Shown: positions 48,027-57,583, counted from the first letter of the stretch. The stretch is DNA of 64,000 nucleotides from Cyanobacteria bacterium P01_H01_bin.105 (GCA_039178155.1 JBCDFI010000001.1:39267-103266); one strand, 5' to 3'. The notes: generated from the sequence alone by a model not told the origin. Numbers and translations: made by a program.

Positions 48027-48446
48027 ATGGCAAAAATCACTATTACTCTCGATGACACTCTTCAAGACTGCGTAGACGGTGCGATCGCAGATACCAAACA
48101 GACTCTTTTAGACTACTTAGAAGAAAACCCAGATCTCGACGACGCGCCATGCCTATCAAACGATCTAGATTATGACGGACGTATTCATGAAATCGTTGAC
48201 AGTGCTGTCCCTATCTATACGCAAGAGATCAAAACAGCTTGGTACCTGCACGGGGATGAGCTAGAAGAAGCTTATGAGAATGCCGGTATAGGTGAGAACC
48301 CTCGCGATAACAACGGTATGGCAGCGATTTATTTCTATATCAGCGATAAGGTTGCTGAATGGTACTACGACTATGCTGAAGAGATCTTCTCAGAGTGGTA
48401 CGAAGAGCGTCGAGCCAATGCTGCTGCTGATGATGATGATGATTAA
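48027..48446 (+). CDS. Ocr-like acidic DNA-mimic anti-restriction protein
   Basis: DGRIHEIVDSAVPIYTQEI aligns with T7 Ocr DAIHMAADNAVPHYYADI (recalled sequence); very acidic, ends DDDDD. Confidence 0.7.
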   Translation: MAKITITLDDTLQDCVDGAIADTKQTLLDYLEENPDLDDAPCLSNDLDYDGRIHEIVDSAVPIYTQEIKTAWYLHGDELEEAYENAGIGENPRDNNGMAAIYFYISDKVAEWYYDYAEEIFSEWYEERRANAAADDDDD

Positions 48447-48510
48447 CAGATGATCTTCTAGGTGCATCTGCCAGAAAAATTTTCTCTCTACCCACCTAAA
48501 GAACCTCGTC

Positions 48511-48912
48511 ATGACGTCTATATGTCCCGCTCCAGAAAAATACGTCCCGCTCCATACCCATCAGGTACTCGACCAGATCATGGAGCTGATCGCCCCCGAT
48601 ATCCCTAAGAGAGTGATCGTTTCCATTTCCAATCGTCCCCTTCTCACGAGAACGCTAGAAAAACCAATTGCGATCGCAGTCCGTTATACGAATCTTAATG
48701 ACACTGAACGGACAGAACTCAAAACCAGTTTTCAAGTTCACATCGTCGATAACCACACAGAGGATGAAATTAATTTCCCCCAATTTCACCCGGCAACAGG
48801 TCATGCAGCTGTTCAGATTCTGGCCTGGGCAGACATTAACAAATACGTGAAATTCAAAGAAGAACTCTGGAAAGACCTCGGAACAGGTCTAGTTGACTGG
48901 CGAGAAACCTGA
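48511..48912 (+). CDS. Hypothetical protein
   Basis: 133-aa ORF co-oriented with the Ocr-like gene. Confidence 0.55.
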   Translation: MTSICPAPEKYVPLHTHQVLDQIMELIAPDIPKRVIVSISNRPLLTRTLEKPIAIAVRYTNLNDTERTELKTSFQVHIVDNHTEDEINFPQFHPATGHAAVQILAWADINKYVKFKEELWKDLGTGLVDWRET

Positions 48913-48975
48913 CCCGAACCTATCAAACCAGAAAAATTTTTCCTGAAATTCTGACTCGTCGTCACCGCCACCCCT

Positions 48976-49233
48976 ATGTACCTAACCTCCGCCATTATCA
49001 AGGGTGAACCGCTAGATTCTGCCATATCTCAAGCTCAATCTGCAGAAGAAAAACGGCAAGAGATCGGTTGTCACACAGATTTTCCAGGGTTCCTGTTAGC
49101 ACTAGCTTCGCCGACACCCGAGATCCCTGGCACTGAGATGGATATCAAATCCTCATCCCTTGGTTCATCCCTTGACATCAAAACCGTTGATATCAAAACC
49201 GTTGACGTTACTAGTGAGGCCCTAGAAGACTAA
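48976..49233 (+). CDS. Hypothetical protein
   Basis: 85-aa acidic ORF with a short DIKTV duplication. Confidence 0.4.
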   Translation: MYLTSAIIKGEPLDSAISQAQSAEEKRQEIGCHTDFPGFLLALASPTPEIPGTEMDIKSSSLGSSLDIKTVDIKTVDVTSEALED

Positions 49234-49281
49234 GCTTCATCTAACCTTTTAAGCTCATTAACCCTTAGGAGATTGCCTAAA

Positions 49282-49446
49282 ATGTTTCCCTTCAACAGAT
49301 TAAAGTCTGAAGCAGAAAAGTTAGAAGACCGCGACTGTGATAGCTCAGATATTCAAAAGTTTGTACGCGAATACGAAGAGACTAGCAATAAGGCCGAACA
49401 ACAGCTGAGGCAGAAACAGGCTCAAGAGCAAAAGGAAGGCAAATAG
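49282..49446 (+). CDS. Small charged protein (54 aa, not in the ORF track)
   Basis: AGGAGA upstream; MFPFNRLKSEAEKLEDRDCDSSDIQKFVREYEE... Confidence 0.45.
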   Translation: MFPFNRLKSEAEKLEDRDCDSSDIQKFVREYEETSNKAEQQLRQKQAQEQKEGK

Positions 49447-49484
49447 GCCAAGCAACGGTGTTGGCGTCCCAAAGCATATGAGCG

Positions 49485-51587
49485 TTATCTCCCCCGCCGA
49501 CCATTCATGAGCCGTCTTCTCCGCTGGGACCTACTCCCTCCAGCCATTCCACCTCTAGGCCGATATCCCTCTAATCCTGCTGGCCCATTCCCTACCCTCA
49601 TCACCGTGGCCAACCCACCTGGAACATAGCCACCATTCCCACCTTCCCCGGCACTACCACCTTCACCGCCCTGGCTTAACCACACATACAGGGCAGCCTC
49701 AGCAAACATATGAGCATAGTAAAGGCCGTTCGCATTAGCATCGGCCTTTTCCCATTTCCCGCTTTCAGGGTCACATTTAACCCCCATGTAATGGCGAAGG
49801 GGACTCCTCTCAGTGGGACTCGCGATCCAACGAGTCCAATCATCTGGCAATCTCACCAGCGGCGCTCCATCCTCGGCCACCAGAAAAAATCCAGTCATCA
49901 CCTGCCGGAGAAATTTTTCATTCCGGATGAGAATACAAGGGACCTTACCGCTGTCCTCGACGAATGACTTTTTATACGCATCCCCCAGTCCTGCCCGCTG
50001 GTCCATCATGGATAGGGTCGTGGTTCGTTGGATGTCTCCAGCGAACGTCCGGTCGGGCTCGTTATCAATGCCACCATATTGGACCTGGTACTCCCTCATT
50101 TTGGGAGCCAGAGAATTTTTTAAGACCTCCCCAGAAAAAAGGATGGTTCGAACCGCCCGCTCCATGACCACTGAGACGGGCATCGATTCCCAACCCAATG
50201 GCAAAGAAACATCCATGATGGTAGTCCAATGACCATTCCTGCCCTGATCGATTCCCGCGAGCCTAACTTCTGGCAGTCTGGGTGCAGGAGGAGCTGCGAT
50301 CGCACGTTCGAGGAGTGGCAACGTTAAAGCGGATGCTCCAGGAGCTGTAGCGTGGCCCAGACCCTGTTGAACCCAGTCAGCAGCATTGGCCATTTCGAGG
50401 CCGTTACGGATGAGATCCGCCGCCAGGTTGATTTTGCTGGCACGCAGGAGTGGCCCATAGTGAAGAGCGACCCGATAGCGGTGAGATGGAATGTCCTTGG
50501 GGAGCCCATCCAGGAAATCACGAAGCCAGACACCCGTATTTAGGCACTTGAATCGGGCCTGGGTGCGAGAGCGCTCCGTGAGTTCTGCCTCACAATGGGG
50601 ACAAGCGAAATAAGCACTGCCCACGGGATTCTCAGGGTCATGATGGAACCACTCAACAGGGCGGTTCGACTCGCTCACATAGGCTACGGTGGTCTGGCCA
50701 TAGGCATCGGTGCGCTCAAATGCCTTCAGGAGCGAGCCAAAGGCATCCACCGGGTAGACCTCTCCACATTCTTCGCACTGGCCATGGGGGTAGAAATGAT
50801 ACTCGGCTGCCCTGACCTCTTTCTCCACGCCCAGACCAGCCCCCGGTGTTCCCCATGAGCGGACTGGCTTGGTTGCGATCGCAGAATTGTCGAGACGTCG
50901 GTAGGCCACATCCACGGCACCCAGGGGCCATTGCGATCGCTCTTCTTCCAGGAGCCAATCACCTGACCAACCCGCAAGCTCACTGGATACCGCTGACTTG
51001 CCCTCGCGAAGGGAAGCATCAGCCGTGGAAGCAAATGAAAAGATGGAGTTCACGCCTCCCAGCTGTTTACGGGAGGCGTTCACCGTGTCCTTGGAGCGAT
51101 CAAACTCGATTTGGTCCGCTGCTTTCATCCCCTCTAGCCAGTGGTCCATGATGGGCCGAAACTGAGTAGCGGCGAACTTGGTGCGAGCCTCCTTCTTGTC
51201 ATACACCATGCCGAAGACGAGTCGGCCCGTGGTCTGGATGTCACAAGCGAGGAGGATGTGGCTCATCGTCTTGGCTATCTGGCTTGCTGCCATAGTGGCG
51301 ACATCAGAAATCCTGGCGTCCCCAATGGTTTCTAGGAATTCTTCGAGCCATGGTGACCAAATGATGGGATCACCCTCTTCGGTCTTGCCATAGCGCTTGA
51401 CCCGCTGGACGAATGGCTTGCCCCCCTGGGTCCACTTTTCCTCAAGAAACTGTTTGCGCTTTGCCTGATCTGAAGTGGAGAGATCGTTGGCAGCACCCAA
51501 GATGGCAGCGGCCAGGCCAATGGATTGGGAGCCGAGGAGGTTGGAGCGATGTTCGGAGGGATCGGATGAAGAGGGGGAGGTGGGCAT
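49485..51587 (-). CDS. terL: Terminase large subunit, lambda gpA-like
   Basis: SPWLEE, deviant Walker A MAASQIAKT, WLLEEE, WGTPG, two CxxC pairs, nuclease GIDQG. Confidence 0.8.
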   Translation of the reverse strand: MPTSPSSSDPSEHRSNLLGSQSIGLAAAILGAANDLSTSDQAKRKQFLEEKWTQGGKPFVQRVKRYGKTEEGDPIIWSPWLEEFLETIGDARISDVATMAASQIAKTMSHILLACDIQTTGRLVFGMVYDKKEARTKFAATQFRPIMDHWLEGMKAADQIEFDRSKDTVNASRKQLGGVNSIFSFASTADASLREGKSAVSSELAGWSGDWLLEEERSQWPLGAVDVAYRRLDNSAIATKPVRSWGTPGAGLGVEKEVRAAEYHFYPHGQCEECGEVYPVDAFGSLLKAFERTDAYGQTTVAYVSESNRPVEWFHHDPENPVGSAYFACPHCEAELTERSRTQARFKCLNTGVWLRDFLDGLPKDIPSHRYRVALHYGPLLRASKINLAADLIRNGLEMANAADWVQQGLGHATAPGASALTLPLLERAIAAPPAPRLPEVRLAGIDQGRNGHWTTIMDVSLPLGWESMPVSVVMERAVRTILFSGEVLKNSLAPKMREYQVQYGGIDNEPDRTFAGDIQRTTTLSMMDQRAGLGDAYKKSFVEDSGKVPCILIRNEKFLRQVMTGFFLVAEDGAPLVRLPDDWTRWIASPTERSPLRHYMGVKCDPESGKWEKADANANGLYYAHMFAEAALYVWLSQGGEGGSAGEGGNGGYVPGGLATVMRVGNGPAGLEGYRPRGGMAGGSRSQRRRRLMNGRRGR

Positions 51588-51886
51588 CAGCTCACAGCCT
51601 CTACCTTGCTCATCTTCTCTCTAACCAAAACCGCTAAATCATCCATAATCTCATCCGCAATCTCATTAAAGTATTCATGCGTCATTAAACCTAGTCCATG
51701 CCAATGAACGACCAGCTCTTTATCTACTAAGTACTTTGACAACACCCTAACCTGATGTGTGCTGAGATGAAGATGCCTAATAAAAAATGATGGACCACAG
51801 GCAAGGTCTTCCTCCTCATTTATCTGTTTAACTAGAGCACAAGCACGTTCTATAAGATTTTCGGTTAGCCATGATCGTCTATTCAT
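51587..51886 (-). CDS. Hypothetical (possible winged-helix) protein between terS and terL
   Basis: Translationally coupled on both sides. Confidence 0.55.
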   Translation of the reverse strand: MNRRSWLTENLIERACALVKQINEEEDLACGPSFFIRHLHLSTHQVRVLSKYLVDKELVVHWHGLGLMTHEYFNEIADEIMDDLAVLVREKMSKVEAVS

Positions 51887-52542
51887 GAGTCTTCTCCTGG
51901 AGGTGCGATCGCAATTGTTGTAGTCTTATCTTCGTCTAGCACCCTGTATCCTGGTACCACTCCTGATTCCTCGGACTGAGCCTTCTCCCGCACAAGCCCC
52001 ATACCCTTCGCCAAGCACTGAGCTACCTCTTGAAAGGTTTCATCGGAAAGGCCCTGACGAAGAATGCCCAGGATACTCTGAACCTCATCCTCCAAGCGTT
52101 GGGTCACAATCACCTCGGTCGGAGCATTGGAACCGGTGAGCTTGGAGATCTCGGCTACGGTCTGGCGGATCTCCTTAGCGAGATTGATCGCCATAAAGAT
52201 TTGACCTGGGGCAGGTAGCTCATGGGCTCCTTCCTCGGGAGTAACTGCGTCAACAAACCGGTTAAGCAGTTCCATGTTGGTTTCCAAACGCATCAGCTGG
52301 AGTGTACCTACATGCTCATATGTCTCCCGATGAAAAATAGTGAGATGTTTTACATAGCGCTGATAATCTTGGTAAAGCGTAACCGTGTCCAGTGGGAGAC
52401 CATGAGTCGTGCCGAATCCCTGTTTAGCCAACTCTGTCGCGAATTTACGATTAATCTGACCCCCTTTGCGCCGATGCTCGAAAACAAGCTCGGCTCGGCG
52501 GTCCATGTGGTCAAGGTGTGATCTGTTAGGCAGAGTAGGCAC
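51883..52542 (-). CDS. Putative terminase small subunit
   Basis: N-terminal HTH-like region, helical body ending ISKLTGSNAP; upstream of terL. Confidence 0.6.
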   Translation of the reverse strand: MPTLPNRSHLDHMDRRAELVFEHRRKGGQINRKFATELAKQGFGTTHGLPLDTVTLYQDYQRYVKHLTIFHRETYEHVGTLQLMRLETNMELLNRFVDAVTPEEGAHELPAPGQIFMAINLAKEIRQTVAEISKLTGSNAPTEVIVTQRLEDEVQSILGILRQGLSDETFQEVAQCLAKGMGLVREKAQSEESGVVPGYRVLDEDKTTTIAIAPPGEDS

Positions 52543-52755
52543 GGAAATCCTTTATCGTATCGAACGGCACAAGTGAATGTAACAATTTGCGTGGGATTTG
52601 TAGCGATTTATCTAGATTAAGTTTATTTGTGCTAGCGAAAATGATGGGTAGATGAAAGATAGAGAAGTGAGGCAAAAAGGTTGAGTTGCGATCGCACTCA
52701 ATCGAAGAAGTAAACTATTGAGTAAGCTTATCGGTAATCCAAGTCTACACTCCTT

Positions 52756-53106
52756 ATGGCCTATCCTGCCATCCCTGTCGAAGGATTCTACGATAATCAG
52801 ATCGCCTATACGCCTCAGTTCACCCGAATTGAAATGGGAAGAGGTGGAGTCATCCATCGAAGTCGCTCCCAGATAATTAACGCCGTGCGATCGAGCTGGA
52901 GCTTCCAAGGAGTACTGAAGGATCGAGAGACGGTAGATGAGTTTCTGAGGGATAGGAATGGTCTGCCCTTCCAGTACCAGGGAGCCGCTTATACGTGTCT
53001 GGAATGGACCTGGACCTGGCTGGTGTTTGTAAGCGATGGGATAACGAGTAAGGGAGCCTGGAAGCTGTCTGGAACCTTTGTAGAGGACTTTAATCCTGAA
53101 ACCTGA
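52756..53106 (+). CDS. Lambda gpM-like minor (distal) tail protein
   Basis: 116 aa; INAVRSSWSF...VDEFLRDRNG.PFQY...CLEW...LSGTFVEDF. Confidence 0.7.
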   Translation: MAYPAIPVEGFYDNQIAYTPQFTRIEMGRGGVIHRSRSQIINAVRSSWSFQGVLKDRETVDEFLRDRNGLPFQYQGAAYTCLEWTWTWLVFVSDGITSKGAWKLSGTFVEDFNPET

Positions 53107-53134
53107 AACTCCCGAGCCTGCTTAGAAAATTCCA

Positions 53135-53344
53135 TCACGCGGCTGGCTCCACATAAAGAGTCACCTCTGAAATAACCGCATAGGGGTCTTCAGGGTCTTC
53201 TACCCAACAACCGTGAACGACGCCTTTAACGCACCAAGGAACATCATCGTACGTGATGTGAGTATTGACCTGGGGACAAACTGGCCACCTGCGCACCCCC
53301 ACCTCCTTGTCAGTCTGGTTGTCGACAAAGATGAGTAAAAGCAT
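53135..53344 (-). CDS. Hypothetical protein
   Basis: RBS AGGAG; last gene of the minus-strand operon. Confidence 0.55.
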   Translation of the reverse strand: MLLLIFVDNQTDKEVGVRRWPVCPQVNTHITYDDVPWCVKGVVHGCWVEDPEDPYAVISEVTLYVEPAA

Positions 53345-53354
53345 AAACTAACTC

Positions 53355-54404
53355 CTAACTTGCTTGCTCTTGCAACTGCCTAGCGGCCAAAGACTGATGC
53401 ACTGGGGTAACCTTCTGGAAATAAAAGTCCTGGTCTGCAGGTGGGCGATTGCCCTTGATGGAATTCCTAACAGTATGAACATGGAGGTAGGACGCTCGTG
53501 CTGCAGCCTCCAGAGACTCATAACGGGCAAGGACCCGGTTATCCCGAGCGGAACGTTTGAGAATCACAGAAGGCCGAGTGAGGTTGGGGCGATTAATGAC
53601 ACTCTCCAAGAAGGTGTCCAGTTCCGAGTCGTCTGTGAAATGGTCCTGAAAAATCCAACGAAGGCCCTCTACGGAAGCGTCATTAACCAAGTGGAGCCTA
53701 TCAGGGCAATCAATCGAACTATTGGCTGGGGGTTGCAAAAGAAATTCACGGATGTGCTGAGCGGTGGTGACCACTTGTCTAGAGCCAGTTTGTGCGTACT
53801 GCACCTGAGTGACCAAGGGCGGGTTAGATTTAGCCCAATTCCATACACGGCCACGAGACACCCCTAAAATCCTGGCTGCCTGCTGGAGATGAATGTAATC
53901 AGTGGCTGAGGGGGACGGGGCGTACTTAAAACCAAGAATGTTCTGGGCTAGTTCCTCGTTACCCTCGCATAGCCAGTCGATGGCGAAGTCGTCTACGCCC
54001 TCTAGAAGGTGAAAACGGTGAGGTAAACGATAAGACCTGGAGCCCTCTATTTTGTGAGGCCAAAGGAAATCCTGAACCCAGACTTTGCGGGTGAGTACTC
54101 GTGAACCCGCTGATATGACTCTCAACGAGGGGGTAAAGGGGCTGTTTCGATACCAGCGCCTAACCTTGGCATCCGTCAGTCCCAGTTCACGAGCAAGCTG
54201 AGTGGCCGTGAACGTGTCTTCACGAGTGAGCTTGCCCATACCAAGGGTGTAAGCTCTCTTTCGAATGGCCTGATCAGCTCGCTTGGGCCATTCTTTCTTG
54301 CGGCGCTGTTGAAATTTGGCAATCGCCAGGTCCGTAGGATATTTAGAAAAAACTGAAAGAAGAAGCGCCTCTTCCTCAGGGGACCATTTTTTACCGGTGG
54401 GCAT
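53355..54404 (-). CDS. Multi-HTH DNA-binding protein with NUMOD1-like C-terminus
   Basis: KWSPEEE N-terminus; two excisionase-like HTH units (TATQLARELG, LQQAARILGVS); RYESLEAAARA. Confidence 0.6.
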   Translation of the reverse strand: MPTGKKWSPEEEALLLSVFSKYPTDLAIAKFQQRRKKEWPKRADQAIRKRAYTLGMGKLTREDTFTATQLARELGLTDAKVRRWYRNSPFTPSLRVISAGSRVLTRKVWVQDFLWPHKIEGSRSYRLPHRFHLLEGVDDFAIDWLCEGNEELAQNILGFKYAPSPSATDYIHLQQAARILGVSRGRVWNWAKSNPPLVTQVQYAQTGSRQVVTTAQHIREFLLQPPANSSIDCPDRLHLVNDASVEGLRWIFQDHFTDDSELDTFLESVINRPNLTRPSVILKRSARDNRVLARYESLEAAARASYLHVHTVRNSIKGNRPPADQDFYFQKVTPVHQSLAARQLQEQAS

Positions 54405-54409
54405 GGGAA

Positions 54410-54619
54410 TTAAGCGTTTTTGAGTAAATGGGCAAAGAGATTATCTTTCACCATCCCTTGTCGGATCAGCTCTAGCGCTAAATCACGGGCCTGGTTCGGA
54501 GTCATTAGAGCGATCTGCCGAGAAAGGGCCTGAAGCTTAAACTGCTGCTCTAGTGAAAGTGCACCGGGTAAATCGTCTGAGCCGGGTGATGAGGGCGATG
54601 GGAGTGAAGGTGACGGCAT
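54410..54619 (-). CDS. nblA: Phycobilisome degradation protein NblA
   Basis: LSLEQQFKL...MTPNQARDL..L.RQ.MVKDNL...LLK signature. Confidence 0.9.
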   Translation of the reverse strand: MPSPSLPSPSSPGSDDLPGALSLEQQFKLQALSRQIALMTPNQARDLALELIRQGMVKDNLFAHLLKNA

Positions 54620-54693
54620 GGTGAAAGCAATCGAGATGGGCAGAAGATTGAAAAATGTGAAATGAGATCAGGTGGCGGCAATTAAAAACCCGT

Positions 54694-54912
54694 TCAACCG
54701 TCATACTGCGCTACTAGACTTTCTTCGATAGACATATCGATGGTATAGCCGTCCGCTAAGTCAGCTATCGCCTCCTCAGAGGCTTGCACAGGATCTACAG
54801 AGTCCAAAAATTCCTGAACGGCGTCAGTGGGAATACGAAAGCATTGATCAGCCGTTTCAAGGTAGAGCTGACCGTGCGTTGGATTTTGCGTGACTTCGAA
54901 ATTAACGCGCAT
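54694..54912 (-). CDS. Small acidic hypothetical protein
   Basis: 72-aa ORF upstream of nblA. Confidence 0.55.
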   Translation of the reverse strand: MRVNFEVTQNPTHGQLYLETADQCFRIPTDAVQEFLDSVDPVQASEEAIADLADGYTIDMSIEESLVAQYDG

Positions 54913-55397
54913 AGAAATAGGGCGTGTAAGTTTGTCTGTATGTTTAGTTTACATCAGATAAGCTGGAGATGTCTAGAGGTGGTAGCGAGTCTAAGGAAGA
55001 AGAGGAAAGAGAGGGTGGCAGAGGGCTTGTGCCGCGCTGCGTTCTTTTCTCCTAATGAGCCAATAGATAAGGTGCGTAGCTCAGAGGGGTGAGGTGCGAT
55101 TGTGGGGCGAGCCTGGGACGGGTGGTGAGAAGGGAAGGAGGGTGAGGGAGGTTTGAATCGAAATGAGAGGGAGTGTGCCAATCAAGCCAATCTCGCTCTG
55201 AGACGTGAACGATCTGCGTAAGATTGGCCAAACCGATCTATTTCTATTTTATTTTTCCATTTTTGAGACTTCTCTTGGCTCCTTTCTTTTCTCTTTTCTA
55301 TCTTTTTTTATTAATATGTTTTTTTATATTTGAAAATAAGAACACAAAAACTCCAAAACCTAAGATGGATAAGGGTTTAAGCCCCGTGAACAATTTA

Positions 55398-55846
55398 TTT
55401 TGAAACTGCTACCGGTAGCAGTTTTCTGGTAGCAGTTTCAAAACCTGCTTTTTCCTTTCTCCTCTTAAAAGCCTCTAATGTTTACACATCAATGCTTTTA
55501 ACGGCATGACGGAGTACCCCTATAAAAACGACTGGTAGCAGAAAACCGGTAGCAGTTAGCCCAACTGCTACCGGTTTTCTGCTACCAGTTTATTGTTTGT
55601 CTTAAACTATGACGTGTACTTAGTTTTAATTAATGCCTTAGAGGTGTCCGTGAAAAGTGCAGGAAAATTTTGAGTTTCTAAACTGCTACCAGTATCGGCT
55701 CTTTTTCACCACCAACCGGTAGCAGTCGGGCTCTTTTTCACCACCAACCGGTAGCAGTTGGGCTCTTTTTCACCCCCAACTGCTACCGGTTGGGCCTAAA
55801 ATCGTGAAAACTGCTACCGATATTTGAAAACTGCTACCAGCAGTTA
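55398..55846. repeat. CTGCTACC repeat array (origin- or centromere-like) beside an AT-rich tract
   Basis: About 13 copies in both orientations; 27-bp-arm palindrome at 55531-55589; ~32-bp direct repeats at 55698-55790; T-rich tract at 55240-55335. Confidence 0.8.
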
Positions 55847-55858
55847 TGTGCCAGTTTT

Positions 55859-55922
55859 ACGTTAATAAGCAAAATTACCCTCCTCAATAGGTTTTGGGGA
55901 GGGTAATTTTGCTTATTAACGT
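55859..55922. repeat. Perfect 25-bp inverted repeat (cruciform or terminator)
   Basis: ACGTTAATAAGCAAAATTACCCTCC ... GGAGGGTAATTTTGCTTATTAACGT. Confidence 0.85.
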
Positions 55923-55946
55923 TTTAAGTGTACTTAGAGGTAATAC

Positions 55947-56162
55947 TTACATTTCTTCCTCCTCACTTGCCTCTACCAATTTGATCTCGACATCCCCCCT
56001 GAAACATGCGGTTACAAATTTACCGTAAGCGGGTTTATCCCCTCCGTAAACGAACCCCATCTCCATAACTTCGTTCTTGAACCAATCCAGCACATCCTTG
56101 TCTACATGAGCACTGAACTGACACTTGGGCTGTTTCTTTCTACTGTATTTATCTCGATTCAT
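55947..56162 (-). CDS. Ribbon-helix-helix-like protein
   Basis: QFSAHVDKDVLDWF...GFVYGG; paralogous to the N-terminus of 56301..56924. Confidence 0.6.
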   Translation of the reverse strand: MNRDKYSRKKQPKCQFSAHVDKDVLDWFKNEVMEMGFVYGGDKPAYGKFVTACFRGDVEIKLVEASEEEEM

Positions 56163-56300
56163 CGTTAGTCTACTCTCAGAAATTTTGAATTTTAGAACGA
56201 CCCCCAATTCAGGTCTGGCCTTTTAATCAATCTCACTCTGGCTGGTCTTTTCCGCTTCAGGTAGCTTGATCCGTTGCCCCTGCATTAGACAGGTCAAGCT

Positions 56301-56924
56301 TCAAGTCTCTTTCAGGGTGGTCAAAATTCCGATTGCAAGTGAGCTAACGTCCGTGACGATTCCACCAGCATCGAGCAGTTCTTTCTCCATATTTTTCATA
56401 AGCTCTAACAGGTTTTTCTTGTCGGATAGTTGCTCATAGACTCCGGCTTTCATTACGTGGTTCACCAGAGGGGTCATGTCTTCTTCTTCAATCAAGGACT
56501 CATTAAAAGCGTACACCTCCAACAGGTACTGACATAAGCCTGCCGCCAGGGCCATTCGTGAATAACCAGAAAGGTTTTCTAAGGCGGGACCATACGTTAG
56601 AGCTAGGTCATTCACACACTCACTGTCTAGGAACGAGGTAATGAGTTGAGAGTTAAAAGAGGATTCAACGCCATGTGAAACGTTATTTTTTGGACGCAGA
56701 CCGTCAACGGACCTCACCGTTTTAGAAATGCCTCTTTTTTCAGGATTGGCCGGTCGAAGTTTATATACACCCCGGTGGAGGTCTTTGAAAAATTGAGAGA
56801 AGCCTGGGCCACCTCCGTAAGCGTACCCATAGTCTTCTTTCACTAATTTTGCAAACCAGTCGTAGATATCTTTAGGAAGACTGACATTTAGTTGAGTCCG
56901 TTTACCGTCTTTGCTGTTGGCCAT
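56301..56924 (-). CDS. RHH-like DNA-binding protein with a C-terminal domain
   Basis: TQLNVSLPKDIYDWF...GYAYGG; RBS AGGAG. Confidence 0.65.
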   Translation of the reverse strand: MANSKDGKRTQLNVSLPKDIYDWFAKLVKEDYGYAYGGGPGFSQFFKDLHRGVYKLRPANPEKRGISKTVRSVDGLRPKNNVSHGVESSFNSQLITSFLDSECVNDLALTYGPALENLSGYSRMALAAGLCQYLLEVYAFNESLIEEEDMTPLVNHVMKAGVYEQLSDKKNLLELMKNMEKELLDAGGIVTDVSSLAIGILTTLKET

Positions 56925-57047
56925 GAAAGTACTCCTAAATTAAAGTGCTTTGAAACTACTTTCATACCCTAACACTCTCAATCCTAAAATGTCATCCCAC
57001 CCGTAAGCTAAACTTACAATTTACCCATCACCACGATCGCACCCCAA

Positions 57048-57335
57048 ATGAAACTCATATTCTGCCCCGTCTGCCAAGACATTCTCAAGCTCCTTTACCC
57101 GCTCCGCCGATGCTCTTGTCAATCTTCATGGGGCTACTATCGCGACGATGGCCTAAACGCAGTTATCGGTGGCCAGGCCATTCCCTTGGGTATCGCTAAC
57201 AAAAGCCTTCAATCCGCACTAGCAAGCCGACCGGAAGAAGGCCAAGGAAGCAGGTTCGAGGCGTTTGTGATTCCTGAAAAGTGCCCGACTATAAAGGACG
57301 AAGGGGACGGGAGTGAGGTGAGGCATCTGCTATGA
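57048..57335 (+). CDS. Hypothetical Cys-containing phage protein
   Basis: CPVC...CSC motif. Confidence 0.6.
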   Translation: MKLIFCPVCQDILKLLYPLRRCSCQSSWGYYRDDGLNAVIGGQAIPLGIANKSLQSALASRPEEGQGSRFEAFVIPEKCPTIKDEGDGSEVRHLL

Positions 57336-57583
57336 GTAAGTAGAACGAGCGCCCTTCCTTAGGATTCTTCGATATGTACCTAGCCAGAATCTAGAGGGAG
57401 CAGAGAATTAGTCCCGAATGTCCTCTTCATCACGCCCTAGCGTAAGCCAAATCGTATGTTAGGCTTACGATAATCAGCCATTTATCACCACTCCTTGCCA
57501 GCCTAGAAGTAAACTGCCCCGCCTTGCAACAGCGCGGGCCGAGAATCAGGTTACGCAAAAAAATCATTAAGGACTGAAGTAAA

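Noticed and set aside
49710-51637. Many overlapping short ORFs within terL (likewise within portal, capsid, tail and FtsK-like genes)
   Set aside because: Shadow frames of GC-richer genes without motifs or plausible starts.
55859-55922. Protelomerase telRL site of a linear phage-plasmid
   Set aside because: The arms are separated by a non-palindromic loop and no telN-like gene is in the window.
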